NCBI GenBank assembly: GCA_963706575.1
Contig: CAVPNL010000008.1
Span: forward strand, 64,001-128,000
DNA: 64,000 bases
Origin: an uncultured delta proteobacterium
Lineage (GTDB): Bacteria; Desulfobacterota; Desulfobacteria; Desulfobacterales; JAHEIW01
Direction: 5' to 3'
This document shows positions 28,601-38,268 of this stretch, one piece after another. Every line of letters starts with the position of its first letter. The first letter of the stretch is position 1. The notes below the pieces were generated by a model that worked only from the letters and a program-made list of their open reading frames with translations, did not search any database and was not told where the DNA came from. Made by a program: the position numbers and the translations under genes.

Positions 28601-31600
28601 GCCGCAGCGGCAGACGGTACCGATACCGCCAGTGCGACTGTTAGTGTCACCGTCCCATGGCAGACGCTTGTCGTTGCCAGTCTGCGGCCGTCATCGGCCG
28701 GCGATCTGGTGGCCTGGGTGCGTATCCCCAGCCTTGCCAAGAATGCCGATACCCAGATTTACATGTACTACGGCAACAGCTGCATTGCCAACAACACCGA
28801 AAATCCGGCAGGCGTCTGGGTCAACTACGCCGGTGTGTGGCACTTAACGGAAAACGGCAGCGGAGCTGCCGGTGAATTCAAAGACAGCACCCAATACGGC
28901 AATCACGGACAGGGGGGTGAAGGGGTTTCTCAATTTATTCCCACCCGGGTAGCCGGCAGGATAGTTACGGGCAGGATTTTGTCATTACACCGTGATAGTA
29001 ATGCAAATGGGAGCGGACGAAGGACAATTAATTGATTGTGGAAATGATGCCAGCCTGGATATCAGCGGTAATGAAATTACGCTTGAGGCCTGGGTTAAGC
29101 ATTCGATCGTTCCTGACTTTGGTGATTGGTACGGGATTCTGAATCACAAGGGTTGGGACTACGGTTATCGCATATTTATTCCTGACAATAGTCTTAAGCT
29201 CAAGTTTTCAGCTTCCCGGAGATACGGATAGCCTTATCTAGCGCCGGGGATATTACTTGCCGGGGGCTGGCATCATGTTGTCGCCACTTATGATGGCGCC
29301 AATATGAGGATTTATATCGATGGCGTAAAAGACGCAAATGAAAGGTCTAAACCGAGGTAATATTGAATCCGTGCCGCCGGACGGAAAATGAAGTCTGGAT
29401 CGGGCACGGTGATCAGCCAAAGGACGTGGCATGGAGTTATCCATGGGAGGGCCAGATCGACGAAGTCCGCATTTCTGCGACTGCCCGATCGGCGGACTGG
29501 ATTGCCACCGAATACAACAACCAGAGCTCATCGCTTACGTTTTTGAGTGTGGGTGCCGAGGATGCTGGCGCGCCCACCGCGTTAGTCTGATTTCCTTTAC
29601 GGCCAAAGGCGCGGGGCAACGCGGTGCAGGTCAACTGGCAAACCGCCCAGGAAGTGGCCAACGTGGGCTTTAACCTGTACCGGGCAGACAGCCCCAGCAG
29701 GTCAGTTTAAAAAGATCAACAACAGCCTGATTCCGGCGCTGAGCTTTTCAGCTTCAGGCAGATCCTACGGCTTTACCGACACCAACGTGGTGTTAGGCAA
29801 CCTTTATTATTACAAGCTTGAAGACATCGACATTTACGGCAAGCGCACCATGCACGGGCCCATCTGCGTGGACTGGGACGGCGACGGGCTTCCCGATGAC
29901 TGGGAGATCAGACACGGGCTCAACCCCTGGTTAAATGATGCCAATCTTGATTCTGACGGCGACGGGCTGACCAACCTGCAAGAATATGAGCTGGGCACCG
30001 ACCCGTTTAACCCCGATACCGACGGCGACGGGATATTAGATGGCCAGGAAGCCAGGAAGCGAGAAAGCCAGGAAGCTGATGGAACGCGCCAGCTTAGCCG
30101 CGGGGTGGAGGTTGTGGCTGAAGATGAAAATGGGATTACCCTTGAGCTTTACACCGACTCCTTTTTTACCGAAAGCGTTTATGCCGACGGTATGGAATAT
30201 GAGCGGCTTAAGATCGATGATTACGTGCACGGTTTTAGCAGCAGAAGTGGGCAAACCCGAGCTGCCGCTAAAAGGCATCCTGGTCAATATCCCCGAAGGG
30301 CAGATCGGTGAGCTGTCCATTTTACAGACCGTCGTTGAGACCCATAGCGGTTATCAGATCTTTCCGGTGCCGGCAAACAGCGTTGATGATCAGGGTGACT
30401 GCAGCCGCTGTGGCAGAAAGCTTTGTTATCGATTCTGAGGCCTACGCCACAGATGCCTTTTACCCGCAAGCAGTCGCGCAGTTAGGTGATCTGTTTGCCT
30501 TCCGTGATCAAAACAAACAGCAGCTGATCTTTTACCCGTTTGCCTTTAACCCGGTCACCGGCGAGCTTAACCATTACAAACGCATTCAGGTAAGAATCGA
30601 CTATGTCGATGACCTGTTTGCCAAAGTTGAAGATCAAAGTGTTAGCCCCTGGACGGTGCCGCTGCCCGCACCATCTTCAGGGGATCTGTCCGAGACACTG
30701 GCCTCGATGGGCTCTTATGCCATGGCCTTTGGGGCATCTCCGTTGATTGTAAACCCGCTGTCACCGGCGCTGACCTCTTTGGGTGTGATCATGGGCGCGG
30801 TGTGGTCACCGCCTGCTGATGGGGCAGCCAGCGCCTATAAGATTATGGTCGCAGAAGATGGCCTTTATCGGCTTGACAGCGCCTTTTTTGCCAACAACGG
30901 CATTGATCCCGCCGACATCGATTTAGATACCGTGCGCCTCTATCATATGGGTGAAGAAATCGCTGTTTTGGTCAACGATGCCGACACCCCCGGTGCCTTT
31001 GATGCCAACGATTATATCGAGTTTTATGGCAGCAGCCGGTAGCGGCTCAATATGCCAAATACGCGGCCCAAAACATCTACTGGCTGGTGACCGCTGGCGG
31101 CATCGGATCGCCCAAACGCATGGTCACAGTCGATGGTAGCCCCGGCAGCCGGGCCGGTGGCCACCGAGCACAGCGCTTCTGTGCGCTTAGAAGACGATGA
31201 ATACTATGTGGGGCTGGCCCCGGGCACAAACGAGCGCGACCGCTGGTTTTTTGATGACTTTGTGCTGGGCACTGACTTTACCGGCGGGCCAAATCCGGTG
31301 CAGGTGCCCTTTGACCTCACGCTTGCCGGGAGTTATCGGCTCGGGTAATCTGACCATCTCGTTGTGGGGCTATTATGACACCGGCCATGAGGTGGAAGTG
31401 TGGGTCAATGATGTGTCCCAGGGCACTTTTAGCTGGAGCGGCGTTGCCTTTTATGAGGTGAACTTGAGCGGGCTTAATTTGACTGAAAACACCACCGTAA
31501 AACTAGCCTGTAACACCGCCATGGACGGGCTGATTGTCGATTATATCGAGGCCACTTACCCGCAAAGCTTTGCTGCGGTCGCTGACAGCCTCACATTTAG

Positions 31601-33424
31601 CCACGACAGCGGCTACCGCTATGTCATCGATGATTTTAGCACCGATGCCCTGCGTGTTTTTGACATCACCGACCCAACTGATGTGGCCACAGGTCACCAA
31701 CATGCAAATTAGCGGCGCAGGTCCTTTTAGCCTTGAGTTTGAACCGCCGCCAAGCGGGCTGACCGACACGCTTTCTTGTCATCGGCACCGATGATTATAA
31801 GATCCCTGAGGCGATCATCGAAGATGTACCCTCTGATCTGGCCGACACCGCCAACAGCGTCGATTACATCTTAATTACCCACCAAGACATCGGCTGGGAC
31901 GGTGGTGGTGCGCAATATGGCTGGTTAACCGATCTGGTGGCCCTGCGTGAAGATGGTGATCTTAGAAGTTAAGGTGGTTAATGTCACCGACATCTATGAT
32001 GAGTTTAGCTACGGGATCAGCACCCCGGTGGCGATCCGTGACTTTTTGTCCTATGCCTACGGCAACTGGCGTACGCCGGCACCCCAGTATGTGCTGTTGG
32101 TGGGCGACAGCACCTATGATTTTAAAGACAACTACAACCGGGGCACCGTAAACCATGTGCCCGCTTACACGGTGTTTACCGATTATATGGGTGAGACCGT
32201 CACAGACGAATACTTTGTGACCATCAGCGGCGATGATGCGCTGGTCGATATGTACATCGGGCGGCTGCCGGCCCAAAGCGCAGCCGATGCCACAGCGATG
32301 GTAAATAAGATCATCGCCTATGAGACCGGGCTTAACAGCGGCAGCTGGGAGAAAAACGTGGTGTTGGTCGCCGATGATCAAACCGAAGCCTATGAGGCGG
32401 TCTTTGAGACCATCAACGAGGATGCCGCAGCGCTGCTGCCGGCTAAGATGGTGGCCTTAAAGGGCTATTTAAACGATTATCTGCTCTCTGGTGATTTAAG
32501 CACTGACATCACCAACTGGATCAATGACGGGGCGTTAATTGTCAATTACAGCGGCCATGCCTCATTGCAGCAGTGGGCGGCAGAGGCGGTTTTTGTCAAT
32601 GCCGATGTAAACACTTTAACCAACACCGGCAAATATCCGTTTGTTATCTCCATGAGCTGTTTGACCGGCTACTTCGGGTACCTGGATGCAGCCCTGGGCC
32701 CGCAGCCCTCACTGGCCGAAGCACTTGTTGCAGGCTGCCGACAAAGGGGCCGTAGCAGCGCTGATGCCCACGGGCATGACCACCACAGCCGGTCAGCACA
32801 TATTCAACAACGCGGTTTTTGAGGCCCTTTTTGTAAACGATATCAGACAGTTGGGACCTGCGATCGCCTCTGCCAAACAAACCCTTTTAGCCAACGGCGA
32901 TGCCTATTTTGAGCAGATATCACAGACCTTTTTGCTCTTTGGCGATCCGGCGCAAACCTTAAAGATCCCGCTGCCCAGAATGCCCGGCGGGGTAAAGGCC
33001 TATTGGGAAAACAACTCGGTGCGCATTCGCTGGAATGCGGCCCTTGACAGCAACGGCAACGCGGTTGCGGGCTACAACATCTACCGTGCCAGCGCCCCGG
33101 CAGGCCCTTACAGCAGGGTCAACACCGAGCTTGTCACCGGCACCGAGTTTGTCGACACTGAAGGGGCGGTGGGCATCGATGAGGGCGGTGGAGCCGGCGG
33201 CAGCTATTACGGGGTCACAGCGGTTGACAGCTTCGGGGATGAAAGTGCGCAGTCACTGGGTATCAGCCCGGCTTCGGTGGCTTCATCGGCCGAAGCGCGC
33301 GGCGGCAGCTTGTTTTGTCGGTACTGTCAGCGGGTCAATACCCGCAGGGCTGTTTTGGATTTTGGCGATCTTTACCTTCGCTGTGGTTATTGCGCACTGG
33401 CGCATGGCACACGGCGCACGGTAA
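13683..33424 (+). CDS. Giant modular surface protein 2 (about 6,500 aa, many frameshifts): signal peptide, DUF2341/LamG arrays, beta-helix-like, DNRLRE-like and Gly-rich domains, C25 peptidase, Cys-TM C-terminal tail
   Basis: Signal peptide (...[23 protein letters not shown]). ORFs 13683, 14581, 18627, 19405, 21551, 25840, 28478, 28992, 29363, 29787, 30040, 30308, 31133, 31197, 31534, 31947, 32686 and 33035 chain together; the C-terminal part is colinear with gene 1. Exact start uncertain. Confidence 0.82.
20692..21057 (+). repeat. Intragenic FN3-like repeat (PSAPTTPY...TQNFTTG), copy 1 of 2
   Basis: Recurs at about 25652..26022. Confidence 0.9.
21718..22054 (+). repeat. Intragenic DUF2341 repeat (CGYAY...YYGNSC), copy 1 of 2
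   Basis: Near-identical copy at 24542..24877. Confidence 0.92.
24542..24877 (+). repeat. Intragenic DUF2341 repeat, copy 2 of 2
   Basis: Near-identical to 21718..22054. Confidence 0.92.
25652..26022 (+). repeat. Intragenic FN3-like repeat, copy 2 of 2
   Basis: Matches 20692..21057. Confidence 0.9.
29576..33402 (+). repeat. 3.8-kb constant block, copy 2
   Basis: Colinear with 8295..12110. Confidence 0.95.
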
Positions 33425-33470
33425 AGCATAGCGCATAGGGCAGAGCGCAAAGGGTTCAGAGGATCAGAAT

Positions 33471-33528
33471 GTAGGGCGGCCCTCCGTGGCCGCCTATAGT
33501 GTGAGGTCGGCACGGAGGCCGACCCTAC
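33471..33528. repeat. REP doublet (GTAG family)
   Basis: GTAGGGCGGCCCTCCGTGGCCGCC ... GGTCGGCACGGAGGCCGACCCTAC; degenerate copy at 35584..35645. Confidence 0.75.
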
Positions 33529-33589
33529 TTTATCAACCAAAAAAAAGGAACCTTTGAACCCGGAACCCTAAACCTTGAACCTATAAATA

Positions 33590-33605
33590 TGGCACATTGT
33601 TTGCA
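33590..33605 (+). promoter_or_regulatory. Sigma-54 promoter upstream of the PqqD/precursor operon
   Basis: TGGCACATTGTTTGCA, GG-N10-GC. Confidence 0.8.
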
Positions 33606-33739
33606 GTTATTCGATCGGATGCGGTTGGCTGAAGTTCAGCTTTACTGTGTGTTTACTAAGGATTGCAGGATAAAAGTGGTGAGCAGACAGCAGCATAACT
33701 TATTAAAATTTAATGGAATATTCAATCGGAGTTGAAACG

Positions 33740-34033
33740 ATGCCGGAAATTGATCAGGTGTTTCGAAAAAATGATAATTTTGTCTTCCGCCAAATCGATG
33801 ACGAAACCATCCTGGTTCCCATCAAAGACAACCTGGGCGATATGGGGTCTATTTATAATCTAAATGAAGTCGGCGCCTTTGTATGGGAACAACTGGATGG
33901 CCACAAAACATTAAGTGATATCAATAAAATGTTGACCGATGAATTCGATATACCTGAAGGGGAGTCAGAGGAAGATTTAATTGAATTCGTAAGCCAACTC
34001 AAAGAAATCGATGCCATAATTCATAAAGAATAA
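33740..34033 (+). CDS. PqqD family protein / RiPP recognition element
   Basis: FRQIDDETILVP...IYNLNEVGAFVWEQLDG...EFD...DLIEFVSQL; GGAG before ATG 33740 (alternative start 33713). Confidence 0.92.
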   Translation: MPEIDQVFRKNDNFVFRQIDDETILVPIKDNLGDMGSIYNLNEVGAFVWEQLDGHKTLSDINKMLTDEFDIPEGESEEDLIEFVSQLKEIDAIIHKE

Positions 34034-34069
34034 AAGAAAAAAACGTATCGGAGAAATGGAGTTAGATAT

Positions 34070-34234
34070 ATGGAAAAGAAAAAAAAGAAGAGATATGTGA
34101 AACCCAAATTAACAAAAATCTATCTGGATGCAGAATGTGCGGTGCTGGGGGCCTGTAAATTTTCAGGCGGCAGCGGACCCAACGGTAGCAATTGCGGGCT
34201 TCCGTTCCCGGCCTGTAACCAATCATCGTCCTGA
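34070..34234 (+). CDS. Putative RiPP precursor, 54 aa: MEKKKKKRYVKPKLTKIYLDAECAVLGACKFSGGSGPNGSNCGLPFPACNQSSS
   Basis: Hand translation; GGAG 8 nt upstream; YxxPxL RRE-binding leader motif; 36 nt after the PqqD gene; below the ORF-track cutoff. Confidence 0.88.
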   Translation: MEKKKKKRYVKPKLTKIYLDAECAVLGACKFSGGSGPNGSNCGLPFPACNQSSS

Positions 34235-34414
34235 TGGCCGGTTAATGCATAAGGGCCTCATTTTAGGGATCCGACAGCGCAGCATGCACCCGGCTTCGCT
34301 CTGGCGAGCCATGCCGCGACCGGCGGTGGTCGACCTTACATTTTGAGCAAAAGCTGTCTGGATTCGCACCCGAGAGGCTCTGTCCTAATTCAAAAACGAA
34401 TTTGACTTCTGACC

Positions 34415-34493
34415 GTCATGCCGGACATGATCCGGCATCCCGAACTGTAACGCTCTTAAAAAGCACTGGATTCCGGGTCAAGCCCGGAATGAC
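34415..34493. repeat. Palindromic interspersed element (paired hairpins)
   Basis: GTCATGCCGGACATGATCCGGCATCC ... GGATTCCGGGTCAAGCCCGGAATGAC. Confidence 0.8.
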
Positions 34494-34652
34494 AAAAATG
34501 CTCATTTCCGCCGCTTGAGAATTATGACACATTTTCATTTGAAGGAATAAAAATTTTGACAGGCGAAGACCGGCACTGCTTCCTGTAATTGCGAACGCTC
34601 CATTAAATTTTGAATCCTTCATAAATCGAAAACTCACATAAAAGAGATATCG

Positions 34653-35501
34653 ATGGCAGATAACCTTACATTTAAAATCGGCGACATCGGAATTTCGTTT
34701 GACGGTGAACCCCAAATAAAGCAAAGCGAAATCAAAGCAGCCTATCGTCCGTTTATCAGTGCGGACGCGCCGGACATTGCCCTGCGGATGCATATGGATT
34801 CTCCGGGAATTCCGGCCGGAGAAAAAATATTCGACAGTTTGCCGATCTGGGCACTTTACCGTCACAATGATAGTTTGATCATCAACCTTTTCGAAACCAT
34901 GAACGGATTGAAACGGTCTTTATGCATCTCGCGGGATTTTAATCAGGCTGACCTGTATTTTACAGAACCGAATGGTTCCTTTCTCGATCCGTTTTTTGGT
35001 CCGACCATCGAGCTTCTGATGGTGAACTACCTGGCCCGCGTCGGGAGTATAATCGTTCATGCTTGCGGCATCGACTATGATGGGAAAGGCCTTCTGTTTG
35101 TGGGCGAGTCCGGCGCCGGGAAAAGCACTCTGACCAGAATCTGGAACAAAGAAAAGGGTGTCGAAATTTTAAGTGACGATAGAATCATTATCCGCAAGAT
35201 GAATGATCAGTACTGGATGTACGGGACCCCATGGCATGGCGATGCCAGGTTCGCATCCCCGGCGAAAGTCAAACTGGAAAAAGTCTTCTTTATCAAACAT
35301 GGCCCGGCAAATTCCGCCAAAGCAGTGGCCGGAAGCTTTCCGGTGCTGCAATTCCTGAAGGCTTCATTTCCGCCATACTGGGATAAAAACAGCATGAAAT
35401 TTGCGATGGAATTTTTCAATGATCTGGTTGCGGCGGTCCCGTGCCGGGAAATGTCGTTTGTGCCGAACAGCAAAATCGTCGAATTTGTTAATCGATATTA
35501 G
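34653..35501 (+). CDS. HPr-kinase-like P-loop protein (PadeK/ScmC-like RiPP-associated kinase fold)
   Basis: HACGI...LFVGESGAGKST...LSDDR...GTPWHG. Confidence 0.82.
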   Translation: MADNLTFKIGDIGISFDGEPQIKQSEIKAAYRPFISADAPDIALRMHMDSPGIPAGEKIFDSLPIWALYRHNDSLIINLFETMNGLKRSLCISRDFNQADLYFTEPNGSFLDPFFGPTIELLMVNYLARVGSIIVHACGIDYDGKGLLFVGESGAGKSTLTRIWNKEKGVEILSDDRIIIRKMNDQYWMYGTPWHGDARFASPAKVKLEKVFFIKHGPANSAKAVAGSFPVLQFLKASFPPYWDKNSMKFAMEFFNDLVAAVPCREMSFVPNSKIVEFVNRY

Positions 35502-35690
35502 GACTGAGTGCTGAGGACTGAGGACTGAGATAAGATAGCAGAGGTCAGATGTCAGAGGACAGAAGACAGATGACAATCAGAAAGTAGGGCGGCCCTCTGC
35601 GCCCGCCAGTTGAGGTTGGCACGGTGGCTCGGTGTCTGGCCCTATTTAATTGTTTTGCCGTGCGCCTTGTGCCGTGCACCTTGAGCCGAA
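35499..35690. repeat. Short heptamer tandem repeats flanking a degenerate GTAG REP
   Basis: ACTGAGG/CAGAGGT-type and TGCGCCT/TGTGCCG-type units. Confidence 0.65.
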
Positions 35691-35756
35691 CTGCTGGTAT
35701 CACCAGTGTGTGTTTTAGATTAAAAGAAGTAAGAAATAAGCGATCCGGTCACAATA

Positions 35757-36875
35757 ATGAATTTTATTGAATACCAAATACTGCTGGCTGCCAGCGACAA
35801 TGAACCCGGCACGGAGCAACGGCAAAAGCTGCTGGGATTAATATCACAACATTTTGATCAGGACCGACTAATCGAAATGGCGGTGCGCGAGGGGGTTGCC
35901 GGTCTTTTATATAAAAATTTGAAAAAAATCGGTGTCCTGGGATATCTTGGCCACAGGCAGATTGAAAAACTCCAATCTTTTTATTATTCTGCTGTACGTT
36001 TGAACCTCAGATTGCTGCATGATCTAAAAGAAATTCTGCAAAAACTTAATCTATCAAAGACTAAGGTCGTGCTATTGCAGGGAATCCCTCTGTTGCAGCA
36101 AATCTATAAAGATATTGGACTGCGCCCCCTGACAGATATCGATTTGTGGGTTTTGCCCGAATATTTCTCGGGGGTTGAAAGTACACTTGTCAAACTGGGT
36201 TATCGGAGTGATCCGCTCTACCCGAAGACCTTTAAAAGAAATTCCACGCTAATTGACGTGAATACCCACATTCTGTGGGCAGATCGCATCAAAAGCAGGC
36301 GCTTCCTTATAAACGCTGGTCAGCAGGATATCTATGAGAACTGCCGGGCCATTGATATTGAAGGCGAAACCGCTGATTGTCTGAGCCGGACGGATCAGGT
36401 CATATACCTGAGCCTGCATGCATTTAAGCATAATCTGGACCGGTTGATCTGGCTGGTGGATATTAAAAATTTGCTGAAGGGATGGGAGGCTTCCGATTGG
36501 GTAGCCCTTGACAAACGTTCAAGGGAGCTTGGCATAAAGCATGTCGTAAGTTATATCCTGTTCTACCTGGATCATCTCTTTGAATTCCAGTTTCCCCCGG
36601 ATGCCCGGGCGATTTATGAATTTACAAAAATAAGTTATCTGGAAAGATACATCCTGCGGAAACGGTTGCTGGGAAAACCGCTGGCGGTATGGGGCCCGCT
36701 AATACTTTTACCTTTGGATAAAAGTTTGTACAGGCGGGTATGTTTTATTTTCGAAAACCTGTTTCCCAGACCACGGGTTTTGAGGCAAATATTTGCAAAA
36801 GCTCCTGATTTCAGCTTCTGGCAACTTTATTTGAAAAGGGCCCGGCAGATATTGGCGCATACCAGAAACAATTAG
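35757..36875 (+). CDS. Nucleotidyltransferase family protein (NTP_transf_5-like)
   Basis: VVLLQG...Y...LRPLTDIDL, LSLHAFKH...LIWLVDI. Confidence 0.85.
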   Translation: MNFIEYQILLAASDNEPGTEQRQKLLGLISQHFDQDRLIEMAVREGVAGLLYKNLKKIGVLGYLGHRQIEKLQSFYYSAVRLNLRLLHDLKEILQKLNLSKTKVVLLQGIPLLQQIYKDIGLRPLTDIDLWVLPEYFSGVESTLVKLGYRSDPLYPKTFKRNSTLIDVNTHILWADRIKSRRFLINAGQQDIYENCRAIDIEGETADCLSRTDQVIYLSLHAFKHNLDRLIWLVDIKNLLKGWEASDWVALDKRSRELGIKHVVSYILFYLDHLFEFQFPPDARAIYEFTKISYLERYILRKRLLGKPLAVWGPLILLPLDKSLYRRVCFIFENLFPRPRVLRQIFAKAPDFSFWQLYLKRARQILAHTRNN

Positions 36876-37020
36876 AACCCATCTCAAAAATGCATCTAAC
36901 GCCCAAGGGCTTTGTTGCAAACCGATTCAAAATACTCGAATACTGCCGTGTATGCTCCGTTTTTGAATCGGTTTGCGTCGCGCCCTTGAACGTGATCTAC
37001 TATTTTTGAGACGGGTTCTA
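36873..37020. mobile_element. 148-bp MITE-like palindromic element
   Basis: Terminal inverted repeats TAGAACCCRTCTCAAAAAT; internal perfect IR GCAAACCGATTCAAAA/TTTTGAATCGGTTTGC; lies between convergent genes. Confidence 0.75.
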
Positions 37021-37032
37021 TATTTAAGGCTT

Positions 37033-38268
37033 TTAGCGAACTAACATTTCTTGATCAGAAATAGGTGATATTTCGACTCTACGGTTCAATGCACGTCCGG
37101 TTTCATTTTCGTTGGACGCCCTATTGATCGTAAATCCAAATCCCTTCGGAAACAGCCTGTCTTTTTCAATTCCCTTTTCTACAAAATAATTTTTGACTGT
37201 TCCGGCACGTTTTTCGGACAACCTCTGATTATATGCAGCAGTGCCGACATTGTCGGTGTGGCCTTGTATTTCAATTTTCGCATCCGGGTTTTGTCTTAAC
37301 ATGGCTGCAATTTTATCCAGATCAGAATAATACCGAGACTTGAGCTCAAATCTATTAAAATCGAACAGAATATCGTCCAAATTGCCAGTCTGGTGTTTTT
37401 GGATTGCATCGTCATTATTCACCGCGATGTTCGCACTGTTCTGATCCGTTTCCTTAACCACTTTTACAACAGTTGTTTGCGCTGGACAGCCGTCCGGGCT
37501 AACGGCAATGCCGTTGGGTGTATCAGGACATATATCCGCAAAATCAGGGATTCCATCTCCGTCGCCGTCTTTTTCCGACCGACCGGTATTGTCGACTTTT
37601 TTTAAAACCATTTTGGGTGCGTTAAACTGAATAATTTTTAAACTGGATTTCGTCAGCGTTAACTCAGATACGGCATCCGGGGCCAGGCGAATTTGATTCT
37701 GATTTAAGGTTCCGCTGATAAGATCACCATTTTCAAGCAGGATGGTTGTGTCTGCCTGATAGCCTTCGGTAAATTCTATTCGATTGATTTCACCGGGTTG
37801 AATCGAGTCGGCATTATAATTGGCTCGAATTTCAAGCGCGGCGTCTAAAAACCTACCGGAAAATCGGTCGTTGTTCTTCATTGTAAAGATTGTGGTCGTT
37901 ATAGGATAACTGGGCTCCCTGATTTCCCGCTTTATTCTTTGGATCTGTTCTCTACCCAGCGCTCTTTTTTGTCCGTCTTCCTCTATAAATTGAATGCTTT
38001 CGTTCAACAGGGTACCGCTGAATCGATCATTGTTGATAGTTTCAATCGTCCAGCGGCCAATGGGTCCGTCTTTATAATCAATGCTCTTTAAAAGTGCATT
38101 TTTGATGCTGACTTTGCCATAGGGGGTCTGAACGCTGAAAGCGGGGCTTTGAATGGTTCCGAAAATTTTATCACCGTTTTTGATATAAACGAAATCCGCC
38201 TGACCCAAAGCCGGGCAAATTAACGAAAATACGGCCAGAATGATAAAAGTGCCTATAATTTTATTCAT
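37033..38268 (-). CDS. OmpA-family peptidoglycan-binding protein with N-terminal duplicated domain and TSP3-like repeat
   Basis: Signal peptide; DGDGDGIPDFADICPDTP; ILFDF...IQGHTDNVG...NQRLSEKRA...NRRVEI. Confidence 0.9.
   Translation of the reverse strand: MNKIIGTFIILAVFSLICPALGQADFVYIKNGDKIFGTIQSPAFSVQTPYGKVSIKNALLKSIDYKDGPIGRWTIETINNDRFSGTLLNESIQFIEEDGQKRALGREQIQRIKREIREPSYPITTTIFTMKNNDRFSGRFLDAALEIRANYNADSIQPGEINRIEFTEGYQADTTILLENGDLISGTLNQNQIRLAPDAVSELTLTKSSLKIIQFNAPKMVLKKVDNTGRSEKDGDGDGIPDFADICPDTPNGIAVSPDGCPAQTTVVKVVKETDQNSANIAVNNDDAIQKHQTGNLDDILFDFNRFELKSRYYSDLDKIAAMLRQNPDAKIEIQGHTDNVGTAAYNQRLSEKRAGTVKNYFVEKGIEKDRLFPKGFGFTINRASNENETGRALNRRVEISPISDQEMLVR

Noticed and set aside
800..33310. 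Programmed frameshifting or phase variation in the giant genes
   Set aside because: Shift sites mostly differ between paralogous blocks and are not at long homopolymers or slippery motifs.
34070..34234. Classical lasso peptide
   Set aside because: No cyclase or B2 protease nearby, and no acidic residue in the Cys/Gly-rich C-terminal half.
34128..34346. 72-aa ORF from the track as the precursor
   Set aside because: It overlaps the 34070..34234 ORF out of frame and lacks an RBS and leader motif.
34416..34865. 149-aa minus-strand ORF
   Set aside because: Antisense to the kinase gene; its VIPGLTRNP/DAGSCPA text comes from the palindromic repeat.
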